Below, piece after piece: positions 36,697 through 45,481 of a stretch of DNA of 52,972 nt (positions are counted from its first letter, which is position 1; each line of letters opens with the position of its first letter). The DNA is from a virus (taxonomy: Duplodnaviria > Caudoviricetes). Made by a program: the position numbers and the translations under genes. The notes under the pieces are model-generated. The model made no database searches and had not been told where the DNA came from. It was given only the letters and a program-made list of their open reading frames with translations. The DNA lies in IMG/VR virus record IMGVR_UViG_3300013014_000039, positions 1 to 52,972 of that record. One strand, written 5' to 3'.

Positions 36697-37353
36697 TTAC
36701 TTAGCGTTGTAGACTTTCCAGAACGCGTCTCTTGCAGTTCTGAACTTAGCGGGGTTCGCGGTATCGTCACCGCGACTTTCAGCGTTCTTTACGCGCTTGT
36801 CATAGTCAGCGAACAAGTCAGTCAAAGACTGAATGAAAGCTTTTGTAGCACCGCGTTCGCGGGTCTTACCCTCATTCAGAATGTTATAAGCTGACCGCTT
36901 TAACGCTGTCAAATTATTTGACGCGTATTTGCTGAACTTATCGCGCATAAGCTTGACTAGTCCATGTAGTTGTGGGTCTTTGTTTTTCAGTTGACCGAAC
37001 TCTTGCTGACTGAATGAGTAGCAGTAATGCAAACTCAATGTAGTAGACCCTTTAGGGTATTCAGCTTGTCCATCAAGCGAGTTACCCGCTTTAATGAGTA
37101 CACCGCTTTCACCGCGTGTGAAATAGTCCTGACCCCACAATTCATGAGCGCGTGTCATGAAACCCGCATACAAGTCAGCTTTGAGTTCAGCGCTTGTCTC
37201 AGCGGGAAACGATGGGTCTTGACCCATCACATAGGTTGCAAGGTGTGTTGCAGTTTCACCAGCACGAGCGAAGCGGTAAGCCGCATCTTTAATACTGGTG
37301 GGTTCGGTTGCCGTCAAAGCGATATCGGCAGAAGCTTTAGCTGTAGCTTTCAT
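36697..37353 (-). CDS. Early protein, paralog 2
   Basis: 218 aa, SD AGGAG; shares SFSQQxFGQL, TRERG and KNAxxRGDxTA with 35873-36487. Confidence 0.8.
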   Translation of the reverse strand: MKATAKASADIALTATEPTSIKDAAYRFARAGETATHLATYVMGQDPSFPAETSAELKADLYAGFMTRAHELWGQDYFTRGESGVLIKAGNSLDGQAEYPKGSTTLSLHYCYSFSQQEFGQLKNKDPQLHGLVKLMRDKFSKYASNNLTALKRSAYNILNEGKTRERGATKAFIQSLTDLFADYDKRVKNAESRGDDTANPAKFRTARDAFWKVYNAK

Positions 37354-37421
37354 GCTAACTCCTAAAAACGCGGTGTGAGCGACACCGCAAACGCTGACCA
37401 GACTGAACTGTCTGATAATTA

Positions 37422-37450
37422 TTTATAGCTGACCCTGAAACAATATGCAA
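37422..37450 (-). promoter_or_regulatory. Cassette promoter
   Basis: TTGCAT-17-TATAAA, followed by hairpin 37397-37416. Confidence 0.65.
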
Positions 37451-37452
37451 GG

Positions 37453-37475
37453 TTTCAGCCATCCCTGACACGCTA
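37453..37475. repeat. Dyad motif B copy abutting the -35 box
   Basis: TTTCA-gccatccc-TGACACGCTA. Confidence 0.75.
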
Positions 37476-37495
37476 ATTAAGCACACGCACAGACG

Positions 37496-37522
37496 CACGC
37501 GACGACAAATAACTGGTATCAA
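37496..37522. repeat. Inter-cassette motif A
   Basis: CACGCGACGACAAATAACTGGTATCAA, identical to 38167-38193. Confidence 0.9.
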
Positions 37523-37533
37523 AAACTTCAGGC

Positions 37534-37569
37534 AAAAAAAAACAGACATGGCGCAAAGCCATGTCTGTT
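37534..37569 (-). terminator. Intrinsic terminator
   Basis: CAGACATGGC/GCCATGTCTG stem plus T9. Confidence 0.9.
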
Positions 37570-37577
37570 AGCGTACG

Positions 37578-38045
37578 TTACTCTTCGCAAACGTATTTTG
37601 TAGTTAACACTTCTTTCATCTCGCGTTTAACAACCACCTTCTTACAAGTGGGACTATCTTCTTTCACGTATGCAATGATCTCGAATTGAATCTTGTCTGA
37701 CTCTATGGTGTAACGCTTGTAACCCCAATCCGCTACATCGCGCTCTTCTACATCATTGCCAATCACATCCATACACTTGGATATCAACGAAGTTAGACGC
37801 TCGTCTTTAAGACTATCTAACTTGTACAAGTACGCAGAGATGTAAGGCTTCTTACCAATCCATGACATGCTGAGAGAGTCGTTATCCCCATCAAATCCAT
37901 CAACAAGTGAACCGTACAAGGCACGTAATAGCATACGATTTTTTTGCAAATCCTGCGCTTTGTGTAAGTACATTTGTGATTCACTTCTATAAGAGTTGAT
38001 TTGAGAGTTGATCAATTTAATGATCGGGTTTGATTTACGTTTCAT
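37578..38045 (-). CDS. Hypothetical early protein
   Basis: 155 aa, SD GGAG, own promoter and terminator. Confidence 0.75.
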   Translation of the reverse strand: MKRKSNPIIKLINSQINSYRSESQMYLHKAQDLQKNRMLLRALYGSLVDGFDGDNDSLSMSWIGKKPYISAYLYKLDSLKDERLTSLISKCMDVIGNDVEERDVADWGYKRYTIESDKIQFEIIAYVKEDSPTCKKVVVKREMKEVLTTKYVCEE

Positions 38046-38104
38046 TTAATACTCCAAAAAGTTAAAAGATAATTACCTACTGATTTGTCTGAATCAGTAT
38101 TATT

Positions 38105-38133
38105 TATATAGCGGTTAAATAGATATTTTGCAA
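38105..38133 (-). promoter_or_regulatory. Cassette promoter
   Basis: TTGCAA-17-TATATA, followed by hairpin 38078-38099. Confidence 0.65.
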
Positions 38134-38166
38134 ACATCTAGCCATTGGATCGCACACGCCCATACT

Positions 38167-38193
38167 CACGCGACGACAAATAACTGGTATCAA
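38167..38193. repeat. Inter-cassette motif A
   Basis: CACGCGACGACAAATAACTGGTATCAA. Confidence 0.9.
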
Positions 38194-38204
38194 CTGGGCG
38201 AAAT

Positions 38205-38228
38205 AAAAAGGGAGCCGAAGCTCCCTTT
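38205..38228 (-). terminator. Intrinsic terminator
   Basis: GGGAGC-TTCG-GCTCCC plus T5. Confidence 0.9.
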
Positions 38229-38230
38229 CC

Positions 38231-38482
38231 TTACCAGCCTGGGAATCTATCTAGTTGATAGTGTTCCTTACCGCGACCATGCTTCGCTCTGTATATCCTC
38301 TCTTCATATACTAGTTTGAGATGGTTAACTTTGGCTTGATACTCCTTAACAGCATCACGTATTTGTTTTATCCAATGATGCGCTTCAGGGTTACTCTTTC
38401 TTAAATCATAGAGTTGAGTGTTAGTCAAACTCAATGCAAACTTCTCTTCATCTATCTCGTCAAACAGTTCTAGTTGTGTCAT
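38231..38482 (-). CDS. Hypothetical early protein
   Basis: 83 aa, last gene of first cassette. Confidence 0.65.
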   Translation of the reverse strand: MTQLELFDEIDEEKFALSLTNTQLYDLRKSNPEAHHWIKQIRDAVKEYQAKVNHLKLVYEERIYRAKHGRGKEHYQLDRFPGW

Positions 38483-38485
38483 GTC

Positions 38486-38776
38486 TTACCCCTTTGGTGG
38501 TGTGTTAAAACTATTCTTGGTGTTGACACCATATGCGTCATAGTGATCTTCAGCGTGCTCTTGATCCCATGTAGGTTCTTTGAATGACGGGTCAATTCTG
38601 ATTAGCAGTTGGAAGAAAGCCAACGCACCACAAGTAATTGCTATCGTGTCCCAACCTATATGTAGGTTGCCTGATGTAATGTCGAGTGCATTACAGTAGA
38701 ACCGAGCCATCACCATCATGCCGAGTAGAAACCCGCTCATTACATTTATAAAAGCCTTAACAAATCTTACTTCCAT
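38486..38776 (-). CDS. Two-TM early membrane protein
   Basis: 96 aa with two hydrophobic helices, SD AGGAG. Confidence 0.65.
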   Translation of the reverse strand: MEVRFVKAFINVMSGFLLGMMVMARFYCNALDITSGNLHIGWDTIAITCGALAFFQLLIRIDPSFKEPTWDQEHAEDHYDAYGVNTKNSFNTPPKG

Positions 38777-38780
38777 TTGA

Positions 38781-38960
38781 TTACTCCTGAGTTAATTGTT
38801 CGACTAGCATTGCAAACTTCGCTTCGAGCACATCATCAGACCATTGTGCTATCTCAGCATAGTGTTCAGGTGATGGGCGCATACCATACGCATCTTTATG
38901 TAGGTCGCTGTATTCGCAACGCATCTGTTCATGCTTAGTCATATCAGTCCATGCTTTCAT
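38781..38960 (-). CDS. 59-aa conserved phage protein (not in ORF track)
   Basis: SD GGAG; MKAWTDMTKHEQMRCEYSDLHKDAYGMRP...; SDLHKDAYGxRP motif familiar from other phages. Confidence 0.7.
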   Translation of the reverse strand: MKAWTDMTKHEQMRCEYSDLHKDAYGMRPSPEHYAEIAQWSDDVLEAKFAMLVEQLTQE

Positions 38961-39007
38961 ATCAATCTCCAGTTAGTTAATGAATACCGAATCGCTTCGG
39001 TAATATC

Positions 39008-39036
39008 TATATACATGATGGGTATGGCATTTGCAA
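39008..39036 (-). promoter_or_regulatory. First cassette promoter
   Basis: TTGCAA-17-TATATA, followed by hairpin 38985-39002. Confidence 0.65.
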
Positions 39037-39047
39037 TTCTCCAGAGA

Positions 39048-39075
39048 CCCCTACCCCCATTCCCCCCACCCCCCC
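39048..39075 (-). other. G-quadruplex-forming tract
   Basis: Minus strand G7-T-G6-AAT-G5-TA-G4 in the divergent intergenic region. Confidence 0.65.
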
Positions 39076-39334
39076 TTTCCGCATTTGGGACCCCCGCCTC
39101 CCTCTACTCTAAGACTTACACAAACAACACAACAAAATCCCAAACTTCGGTATACTGACCCCGCAACGCAGTTGCATTTTGTCTCTCCTTCTTTAGACCC
39201 CCCCAGTGGGGGTCTTTTTTCTGCCCCGCTACTGTATATAGGTGTTTTCCCTAGTACCCCCCGGGTAGGAGTCCCAACCTCCCCTTATATATGTGGTATA
39301 TTTCGCAAACCATAACTGGAGTGCCACTTCCTCC

Positions 39335-39904
39335 ATGCAAGAACTCGTCCCTGACATTGAAAGCAATGTCCCATTACCAGCCTCCGCGACAGAGGCTATG
39401 CCCGACCTGTCTCCAAAAGAAGAGTTGGAGATGCGAGCTAGGACGGTAAAGTTGATTTCTGACCTATCGGGTAAACCCGTAGAACCGGGTCAAGAACACA
39501 AAGATCAGGCTAAAGATATAGTACAAACCCTAATGTCTCAGCCTCAAAATGCGGTTAATTTAGCCCAATATCCCAACGAAACTGTTGCTTATTTGGCTGG
39601 AATGGTTGCCCAACACGACGTTATGGTCGTAAAAGAGCTGGCTGACCTCAAGAAATACGTAGTAAATAAGCTGGTTGCTGAGACCGAACACCCAGATGCC
39701 AAGATTCGACTAACAGCACTACGTGCTTTAGGTGAAGTTGATGGCGTGGATGCATTCAAGAAGCGCTCCGAGGTCACCCATAAGCAACAATCTATGGAAG
39801 AAGTCGAGAAAGAGCTGCTCGAGACCCTCGCTAAGTTGGAAAAACGCACGATTGACGTGGAAGTTATAGAAATAAAGTATGAAAATAACGCCACAGCAAA
39901 TTGA
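39335..39904 (+). CDS. terS: Terminase small subunit (putative)
   Basis: Directly upstream of and overlapping terL; helical, IRLTALRALG motif; ATG 39335 preferred. Confidence 0.6.
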   Translation: MQELVPDIESNVPLPASATEAMPDLSPKEELEMRARTVKLISDLSGKPVEPGQEHKDQAKDIVQTLMSQPQNAVNLAQYPNETVAYLAGMVAQHDVMVVKELADLKKYVVNKLVAETEHPDAKIRLTALRALGEVDGVDAFKKRSEVTHKQQSMEEVEKELLETLAKLEKRTIDVEVIEIKYENNATAN

Positions 39905-41396
39905 AAAGCTTAAAAGTCTGCTGCCAACGGCATCATCAGACGAAAAACGCAAGATTCTTGAGCTAATTAAGGTCTGGGACAGCGAATCGGTGCAGGTTGT
40001 AGGTAAAGATTCAATATTGGAGTTCGCAGAACATGTATATCCGGGTTATAAAGTTGGTCCACATCATCGAAGATTGGCAAAAATTTTTGAGGACATTGCC
40101 GCTGGCAAGAAGAAGCGAGTAATTGTCAACATAGCCCCCCGTCACGGTAAGTCTGAACTCATTTCTTACCTTGCACCCGCATGGTTTTTGGGTAAATTCC
40201 CCCATAAGAAGGTGATTATGGCCTCCCACACCGCAGATTTAGCGGTGAATTTTGGTAGAAGAGTGCGTAATCTGGTCGGTTCAGACAACTATAAAGACAT
40301 TTTTCCGCAGGTAGAACTGCAATCTGACTCTAAGTCAGCATCACGATGGGGTACTAACTTTAATGGTGAATACTTTGCTATTGGTGTCGGAGGTGCTCTT
40401 GCAGGCCGGGGTGCTGATCTATTTATTATTGATGATCCTCATTCAGAGCAAGATGCTAAAACAGGGAGGGCCGACGTATTTCTTCCTGCTTGGGAGTGGT
40501 TCCAGTCTGGTCCTATTCAGCGCCTTATGCCAGGTGGTGCCATTATTATAGTAATGACAAGGTGGTCTAAACTTGACCTAACTGGACAAATACTGAGCCA
40601 AATGGAGCGTGAAGAGGACGTAGACCCGTGGGAAGTGGTTGAGTTTCCCGCTATTTTGAACGACAAGCCACTATGGGGCGATTTCTGGACAATCGAGGAA
40701 TTGCTGTCCAAAAAAGCTGGTATGGACGTACGGTATTGGGAAGCCCAGTACATGCAGAACCCTGTATCAGAAGAAGGCGCACTAATAAAGAAGGAGTGGT
40801 GGCGCATTTGGGACAAAGAAGACACCCCTAACTGCGAGTTCATCATCATGAGTCTGGATGCGGCGCAAGAAGCCAACAATCGTGCTGACTACAACGCTTT
40901 AACTACATGGGGGGTCTTTTTTAACGAGGAGACCAACAATCACAGCATCATCTTGCTCAATGCTATTAAGAAACGTATGGAGTACCCCGACCTCAAAGCT
41001 ATGGTGCTAGAGGAATACAAGGAGTGGGAGCCAGACGCATTTATGGTTGAGAAGAAGTCGAATGGTTCTGTACTTTATCAAGAGTTCAGACGCATGGGCA
41101 TACCTGTTGGAGAGTTCACTCCGGGTAAAGGACAAGACAAGATAGCGCGTGTGAATGCGGTGTCGTCACTGTTTCAAGGTGGGATCGTGTATGCACCAGA
41201 TCGCAGATGGGCTAAAGAAGTTATTGAGGAATGCAACGACTTCCCGTCCGGGGCTAACGATGACTTAGTGGACTCCACTACCCTTGCGCTGTTAAGATTC
41301 AGGAATGGCGGATTCATTAGGCTTGAGAGTGATGAGCCTGAAGATACTGTTTGGTTTAAAGGTCGCCGCGCCAAAGAGCGGTTCTACACTGTCTAA
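39879..41396 (+). CDS. terL: Terminase large subunit
   Basis: APRHGKS Walker A, FIIDDPH Walker B, MTRW, nuclease SLDAA and DDLVDS. Confidence 0.95.
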   Translation: MKITPQQIEKLKSLLPTASSDEKRKILELIKVWDSESVQVVGKDSILEFAEHVYPGYKVGPHHRRLAKIFEDIAAGKKKRVIVNIAPRHGKSELISYLAPAWFLGKFPHKKVIMASHTADLAVNFGRRVRNLVGSDNYKDIFPQVELQSDSKSASRWGTNFNGEYFAIGVGGALAGRGADLFIIDDPHSEQDAKTGRADVFLPAWEWFQSGPIQRLMPGGAIIIVMTRWSKLDLTGQILSQMEREEDVDPWEVVEFPAILNDKPLWGDFWTIEELLSKKAGMDVRYWEAQYMQNPVSEEGALIKKEWWRIWDKEDTPNCEFIIMSLDAAQEANNRADYNALTTWGVFFNEETNNHSIILLNAIKKRMEYPDLKAMVLEEYKEWEPDAFMVEKKSNGSVLYQEFRRMGIPVGEFTPGKGQDKIARVNAVSSLFQGGIVYAPDRRWAKEVIEECNDFPSGANDDLVDSTTLALLRFRNGGFIRLESDEPEDTVWFKGRRAKERFYTV

Positions 41397-41404
41397 GGAT
41401 TTAT

Positions 41405-43894
41405 ATGGCAACAGGCATGATGGACAAAGGTTTGTATCAAGCACCTATGGGTATTGATATGATGGAAGAAAATCCTATTGAGATTGAGATCGAAGACCCT
41501 GAGTCCGTAAGTATTGGACTGGGTGATATTGAGATTGATCTAAAGCCTAAGAAAGAAACAGCAGACACTTTCGATGCCAACCTCGCCGAGTACATGGACG
41601 AGGGTGACTTGTCTGGACTAGCAAATGATTTAATTGCAGACTTTGATAAAGACATCATGGATCGTAGAGATTGGATCAAGACGTATGTCGACGGTCTGAA
41701 GCTCTTAGGTTTGAACTACGAAGACAGAACTGAACCTTGGCAGGGCGCTTGTGGCGTATTCCACCCAATGCTCACAGAGTCAGTTGTACGTTTCCAATCA
41801 GAAGCCATGATGGAGACATTTCCAGCACAAGGTCCTGTTAAGACCCAGATTGTTGGTGCTATAAATAAGTTACGTGAAGAAGCCGCCGAGCGCGTGCGTG
41901 ACGATATGAACTATCAGTTAACAGATGTGATGACTGAGTACAGACCTGAACACGAGAAGATGCTGTGGTCATTACCACTAGCAGGTTCAGCGTTTAAAAA
42001 GATTTACTTTGACCCCAACAAGGGGCGTCAAGTTGCTGTGTTTATTCCAGCAGAAGACATTGTTGTGCCATACGGCTCGTCCAACATTGAGGACTCTGAG
42101 CGTGTTACTCACGTCATGCGTAAGACTGAACAAGAAGTTATACGTTTACAAGAAGCTGGGTTCTATGCAGATGTAGATTTAGGTGAGCCAGGCTATGAGC
42201 TAGATGACATCGAGAAGCAGAAAGCTGAAGAAACAGGGATGAACGCGACTCAAGATGATCGCTTCCGTATCCTTGAGATGCATGTAAATTTAGACCTCAA
42301 AGGGTTTGAGCATACTGATAAAAAGAAACGTGAGACTGGGATTGCGTTGCCATATGTTGTTACTATAGAGAAGGGTACAAGCACCGTTCTTGCTATTAGG
42401 AGAAATTGGTATGAAGATGATGAACTCCACACGAAGCGCCAGCATTTTGTGCACTATCAGTACATCCCCGGTTTTGGATTCTACGGATACGGACTTATAC
42501 ATCTCATTGGAGGTTACGCCAAATCAGCAACCATGCTCATCCGTCAATTGGTTGATGCTGGCACTCTCTCAAACCTGCCCGGAGGACTTAAATCACGGGG
42601 CCTTCGCATTAAAGGTGATGACACGCCGATTCAGCCCGGAGAATTCAGGGACGTAGATGTCCCTTCTGGAAGTATCCGTGACAACATATTACCACTGCCA
42701 TACAAGGAGCCGTCACAAGTATTGATGGCACTGTTCCAGCAGATAGTGCAAGAAGGCCGGGCATTCGCTTCATCTGGAGATATGAATGTCTCAGACATGA
42801 GCAACGAGGCTCCTGTAGGTACAACACTAGCAATATTAGAACGCACTCTTAAAGTAATTACTGCGGTGCAAGCTCGTCTGCACTACACAATGAAACAAGA
42901 GTTCAAGCTACTCAAGATCATCATTGCGGATTACACGCCAGAAGAGTATGACTACGAGCCTGAAGATGCTAATCGCAAGGCTAAGAAGTCGGACTATGAC
43001 TCAACAGACGTCATTCCAGTCAGTGATCCAAACGCTGCGACTATGGCGCAGAAGATTGTTACGTATCAGGCCGTTCTACAGCTAGCACAACAAGCACCAC
43101 AGTTGTATAACCTGTCTGTATTGCATCGCCAAATGATTGAAGTATTAGGCGTGAAGAACGCTGATAAATTAGTCAAGACCGAAGAAGATGCTGAACCTAC
43201 AGACCCCATACAAGAGAACCAAGACATTCTTATTCACAAGCCTGTCAAGGCGTTCATGGAACAAAACCATGAGGCACACATTAGAGTGCATATGGCTGCA
43301 ATCCAAGACCCCAAGATTCAGCAGTTGATGCAGATGAACCCACAAGCTCAAGTAATTATGTCGGCGGCTATGGCTCACATCAACGAGCACATTGGCTTTG
43401 AGTATCGTCGTCAGATGGAAGAGGCTATGGGTATGGTGTTGCCAGGTAAAGACAAAGAGACAGATAAGCCTCAACGTGTGCCACAAGAGATGGCAGACGA
43501 GATTGCTATCAAGGCAGCGCAAGCATCGCAGATGTTGCTACAACAAAACCAGCAACAAGCTGCTCAACAAGCTGCGCAGCAGAAAATGCAAGACCCGATT
43601 GTTCAGATGCAAATGCAAGAGTTGCAGATTAAGCAAGGTGAGTTGCAACTTAAACAGCAGAAACAACAGATCGACGCAGCCGCTAAAGCTGACCAGATTC
43701 GTGTTGAAGAGTCCCGTATTGAGGCTCAGAAAGAAATTGCAGCTATGCAAGTTGGTGCTCAAGCTGCTGCGGCAAGAGATAAGGCTGATAAACAACAGCA
43801 AGCCGACGGCCTACGCATGGGTATTGACGCCGCTAAACACAAAGCACAGATGGCTGTACAGATGGCGCAGAGGGCAAAAAAGGAGAATAGATGA
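41405..43894 (+). CDS. Portal protein (P22-like, with Gln-rich C-terminal helix)
   Basis: 829 aa after terL; GSAFKKIYFD, GFYGYGL, long Q-rich coiled coil. Confidence 0.9.
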   Translation: MATGMMDKGLYQAPMGIDMMEENPIEIEIEDPESVSIGLGDIEIDLKPKKETADTFDANLAEYMDEGDLSGLANDLIADFDKDIMDRRDWIKTYVDGLKLLGLNYEDRTEPWQGACGVFHPMLTESVVRFQSEAMMETFPAQGPVKTQIVGAINKLREEAAERVRDDMNYQLTDVMTEYRPEHEKMLWSLPLAGSAFKKIYFDPNKGRQVAVFIPAEDIVVPYGSSNIEDSERVTHVMRKTEQEVIRLQEAGFYADVDLGEPGYELDDIEKQKAEETGMNATQDDRFRILEMHVNLDLKGFEHTDKKKRETGIALPYVVTIEKGTSTVLAIRRNWYEDDELHTKRQHFVHYQYIPGFGFYGYGLIHLIGGYAKSATMLIRQLVDAGTLSNLPGGLKSRGLRIKGDDTPIQPGEFRDVDVPSGSIRDNILPLPYKEPSQVLMALFQQIVQEGRAFASSGDMNVSDMSNEAPVGTTLAILERTLKVITAVQARLHYTMKQEFKLLKIIIADYTPEEYDYEPEDANRKAKKSDYDSTDVIPVSDPNAATMAQKIVTYQAVLQLAQQAPQLYNLSVLHRQMIEVLGVKNADKLVKTEEDAEPTDPIQENQDILIHKPVKAFMEQNHEAHIRVHMAAIQDPKIQQLMQMNPQAQVIMSAAMAHINEHIGFEYRRQMEEAMGMVLPGKDKETDKPQRVPQEMADEIAIKAAQASQMLLQQNQQQAAQQAAQQKMQDPIVQMQMQELQIKQGELQLKQQKQQIDAAAKADQIRVEESRIEAQKEIAAMQVGAQAAAARDKADKQQQADGLRMGIDAAKHKAQMAVQMAQRAKKENR

Positions 43895-44085
43895 GTAACC
43901 AAGCGTTTCAATATCTAGCCAAAGAAGTTGACAAGCTTCGCGGTGATCAAATTTCCTTCCTCGCAGGAGGGGGCGCAAAAGACTTCGCCGAGTATCGGCA
44001 TGTCTGCGGTGTTATCCGGGGTCTAACACACGCAGAACAACTTGTCAGAGACCTTGTGCAGAAAATGGAGTATGCCGATGAGTGA
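43891..44085 (+). CDS. Small conserved protein between portal and GroES
   Basis: 64 aa, DFAEYRHVCGVIRGL, SD AGGAG. Confidence 0.7.
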   Translation: MSNQAFQYLAKEVDKLRGDQISFLAGGGAKDFAEYRHVCGVIRGLTHAEQLVRDLVQKMEYADE

Positions 44086-44488
44086 GTTTGATGTTTCCGC
44101 TGTAGACCTTTCCAAGGTGCTCAATGCAACCGACGAAGAGAAAGCAAAGCAGTTGCCCGACCCATCTACCTATTACATATTGACTGTTGTTCCAGAAGCG
44201 ATAGAAGAATATGCTGATAGTGAGATTGGTATCGTAAAGTCCAGCCAATCTATGTACTACGAAGAAGTGCTGACCCCAGTATTGTTTGTAGTGAAGATGG
44301 GACCTGATTGCTATAAAGACGCTACCCGCTTTCCAAGTGGTTCTAGCTGCCAAGTCGGTGACTTTGTCATCGTCCGCCCCAATTCAGGCACCCGCCTGAA
44401 GATTCACGGTCGTGAGTTCCGCTTGATTGCGGATACCTCAGTAGAGGCCGTTGTTGAAGACCCGCGTGGAATTACCCGCGCTGCATAA
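44078..44488 (+). CDS. groES: GroES-like co-chaperonin
   Basis: VVKMGPDCY..VGDFV..GTRLKIHGREFRLIAD..VEAVV; ATG 44078 with GGAG upstream. Confidence 0.75.
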   Translation: MSEFDVSAVDLSKVLNATDEEKAKQLPDPSTYYILTVVPEAIEEYADSEIGIVKSSQSMYYEEVLTPVLFVVKMGPDCYKDATRFPSGSSCQVGDFVIVRPNSGTRLKIHGREFRLIADTSVEAVVEDPRGITRAA

Positions 44489-44501
44489 AAAAGGATAAAT
44501 C

Positions 44502-45479
44502 ATGGCATTACCTGAATTTGAACTACCCGATCCTGATAAAGAGGATGCTGCTAAAGACGACAAGTTTGAAGTAGAAATTGAAGACGATACCCCCCTAGAG
44601 GACAGGGGCCGTAAACCCGCTAAGGAACCTGTAGATGAAGTAACAGACGAAGAATTGTCAAGTTACGACGAAAAGGTTCAAAAACGAATAAAAAAGTTTA
44701 CACGCGGATACCATGACGAACGTCGTGCTAAAGAAGAAGCCTTTCGTGAACGCGAAGCGGCAGAATCGTTTGCTAAACAAGTGTTTGAAGAGAACAAACG
44801 TCTTCAACAGCAACTTTCTACAGGAAGCCAAGCCTATATTGAGACATCTAAAGGTGCCGCTGAAGCTGAGTTAGTAGCAGCTAAACAGCGTTATAGGAAG
44901 GCTTACGAAGAGGCAAACGTAGATGATCTAACTGAAGCCCAAGCAGATATTGCTAAAGCTACATTGAAATTGGACAAGGCTCAAGGTCTCAAACCTATTG
45001 AGATTGAAGAGCGTGAAATGCCCACTCCTCAACGTGCAGAGCCTGAAAAGAAACAGACTCCACGTACCCAAAAGTGGTTGGATAACAACAATGATTGGTT
45101 CGGAGTGGATGATGAGATGACTATGACTGCGGTGGGGCTTGACAGAAAGCTTCAACGCGAGTATGGTGCGGACTATATAGGTACTGAAGAGTACTTTAAA
45201 ACCATCGATAAAACGATGCGCAAGAGATTTCCTGAACATTTCGATGATCAGAGCCAAGAGGATGACGAGCCGCCTCCAAGAAAAAGAGCTGAACCGGTCT
45301 ATGAGGATGATGAACCCCCACGCCGTGCACAAAGAATCACTAGTGTTGTGGCTCCGGCCTCACGTAGTACTCCGCCTAACCGTATTCGTTTAAAGGCATC
45401 CGAAGCCGAGGTAGCTCGTAGACTTGGGGTCCCGATAGAAGAATATGCGAAGCAGGTTGCAAAACTTAAAAGAGGTTAA
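44502..45479 (+). CDS. Capsid scaffolding protein
   Basis: Acidic N-terminus, coiled coil, C-terminal ARRLGVPIEEYAKQ helix, position before capsid genes. Confidence 0.7.
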   Translation: MALPEFELPDPDKEDAAKDDKFEVEIEDDTPLEDRGRKPAKEPVDEVTDEELSSYDEKVQKRIKKFTRGYHDERRAKEEAFREREAAESFAKQVFEENKRLQQQLSTGSQAYIETSKGAAEAELVAAKQRYRKAYEEANVDDLTEAQADIAKATLKLDKAQGLKPIEIEEREMPTPQRAEPEKKQTPRTQKWLDNNNDWFGVDDEMTMTAVGLDRKLQREYGADYIGTEEYFKTIDKTMRKRFPEHFDDQSQEDDEPPPRKRAEPVYEDDEPPRRAQRITSVVAPASRSTPPNRIRLKASEAEVARRLGVPIEEYAKQVAKLKRG

Positions 45480-45481
45480 AT

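Noticed and set aside
35783-38193. Motif A repeats as a CRISPR array
   Set aside because: Copies are 670-880 bp apart with whole genes between them. There is no cas operon; the Cas4-like gene is an ordinary replication-module nuclease.
35783-38193. Motif A repeats as integron attC sites
   Set aside because: No RYYYAAC...GTTRRRY bounded palindrome and no integron integrase; each cassette has its own promoter.
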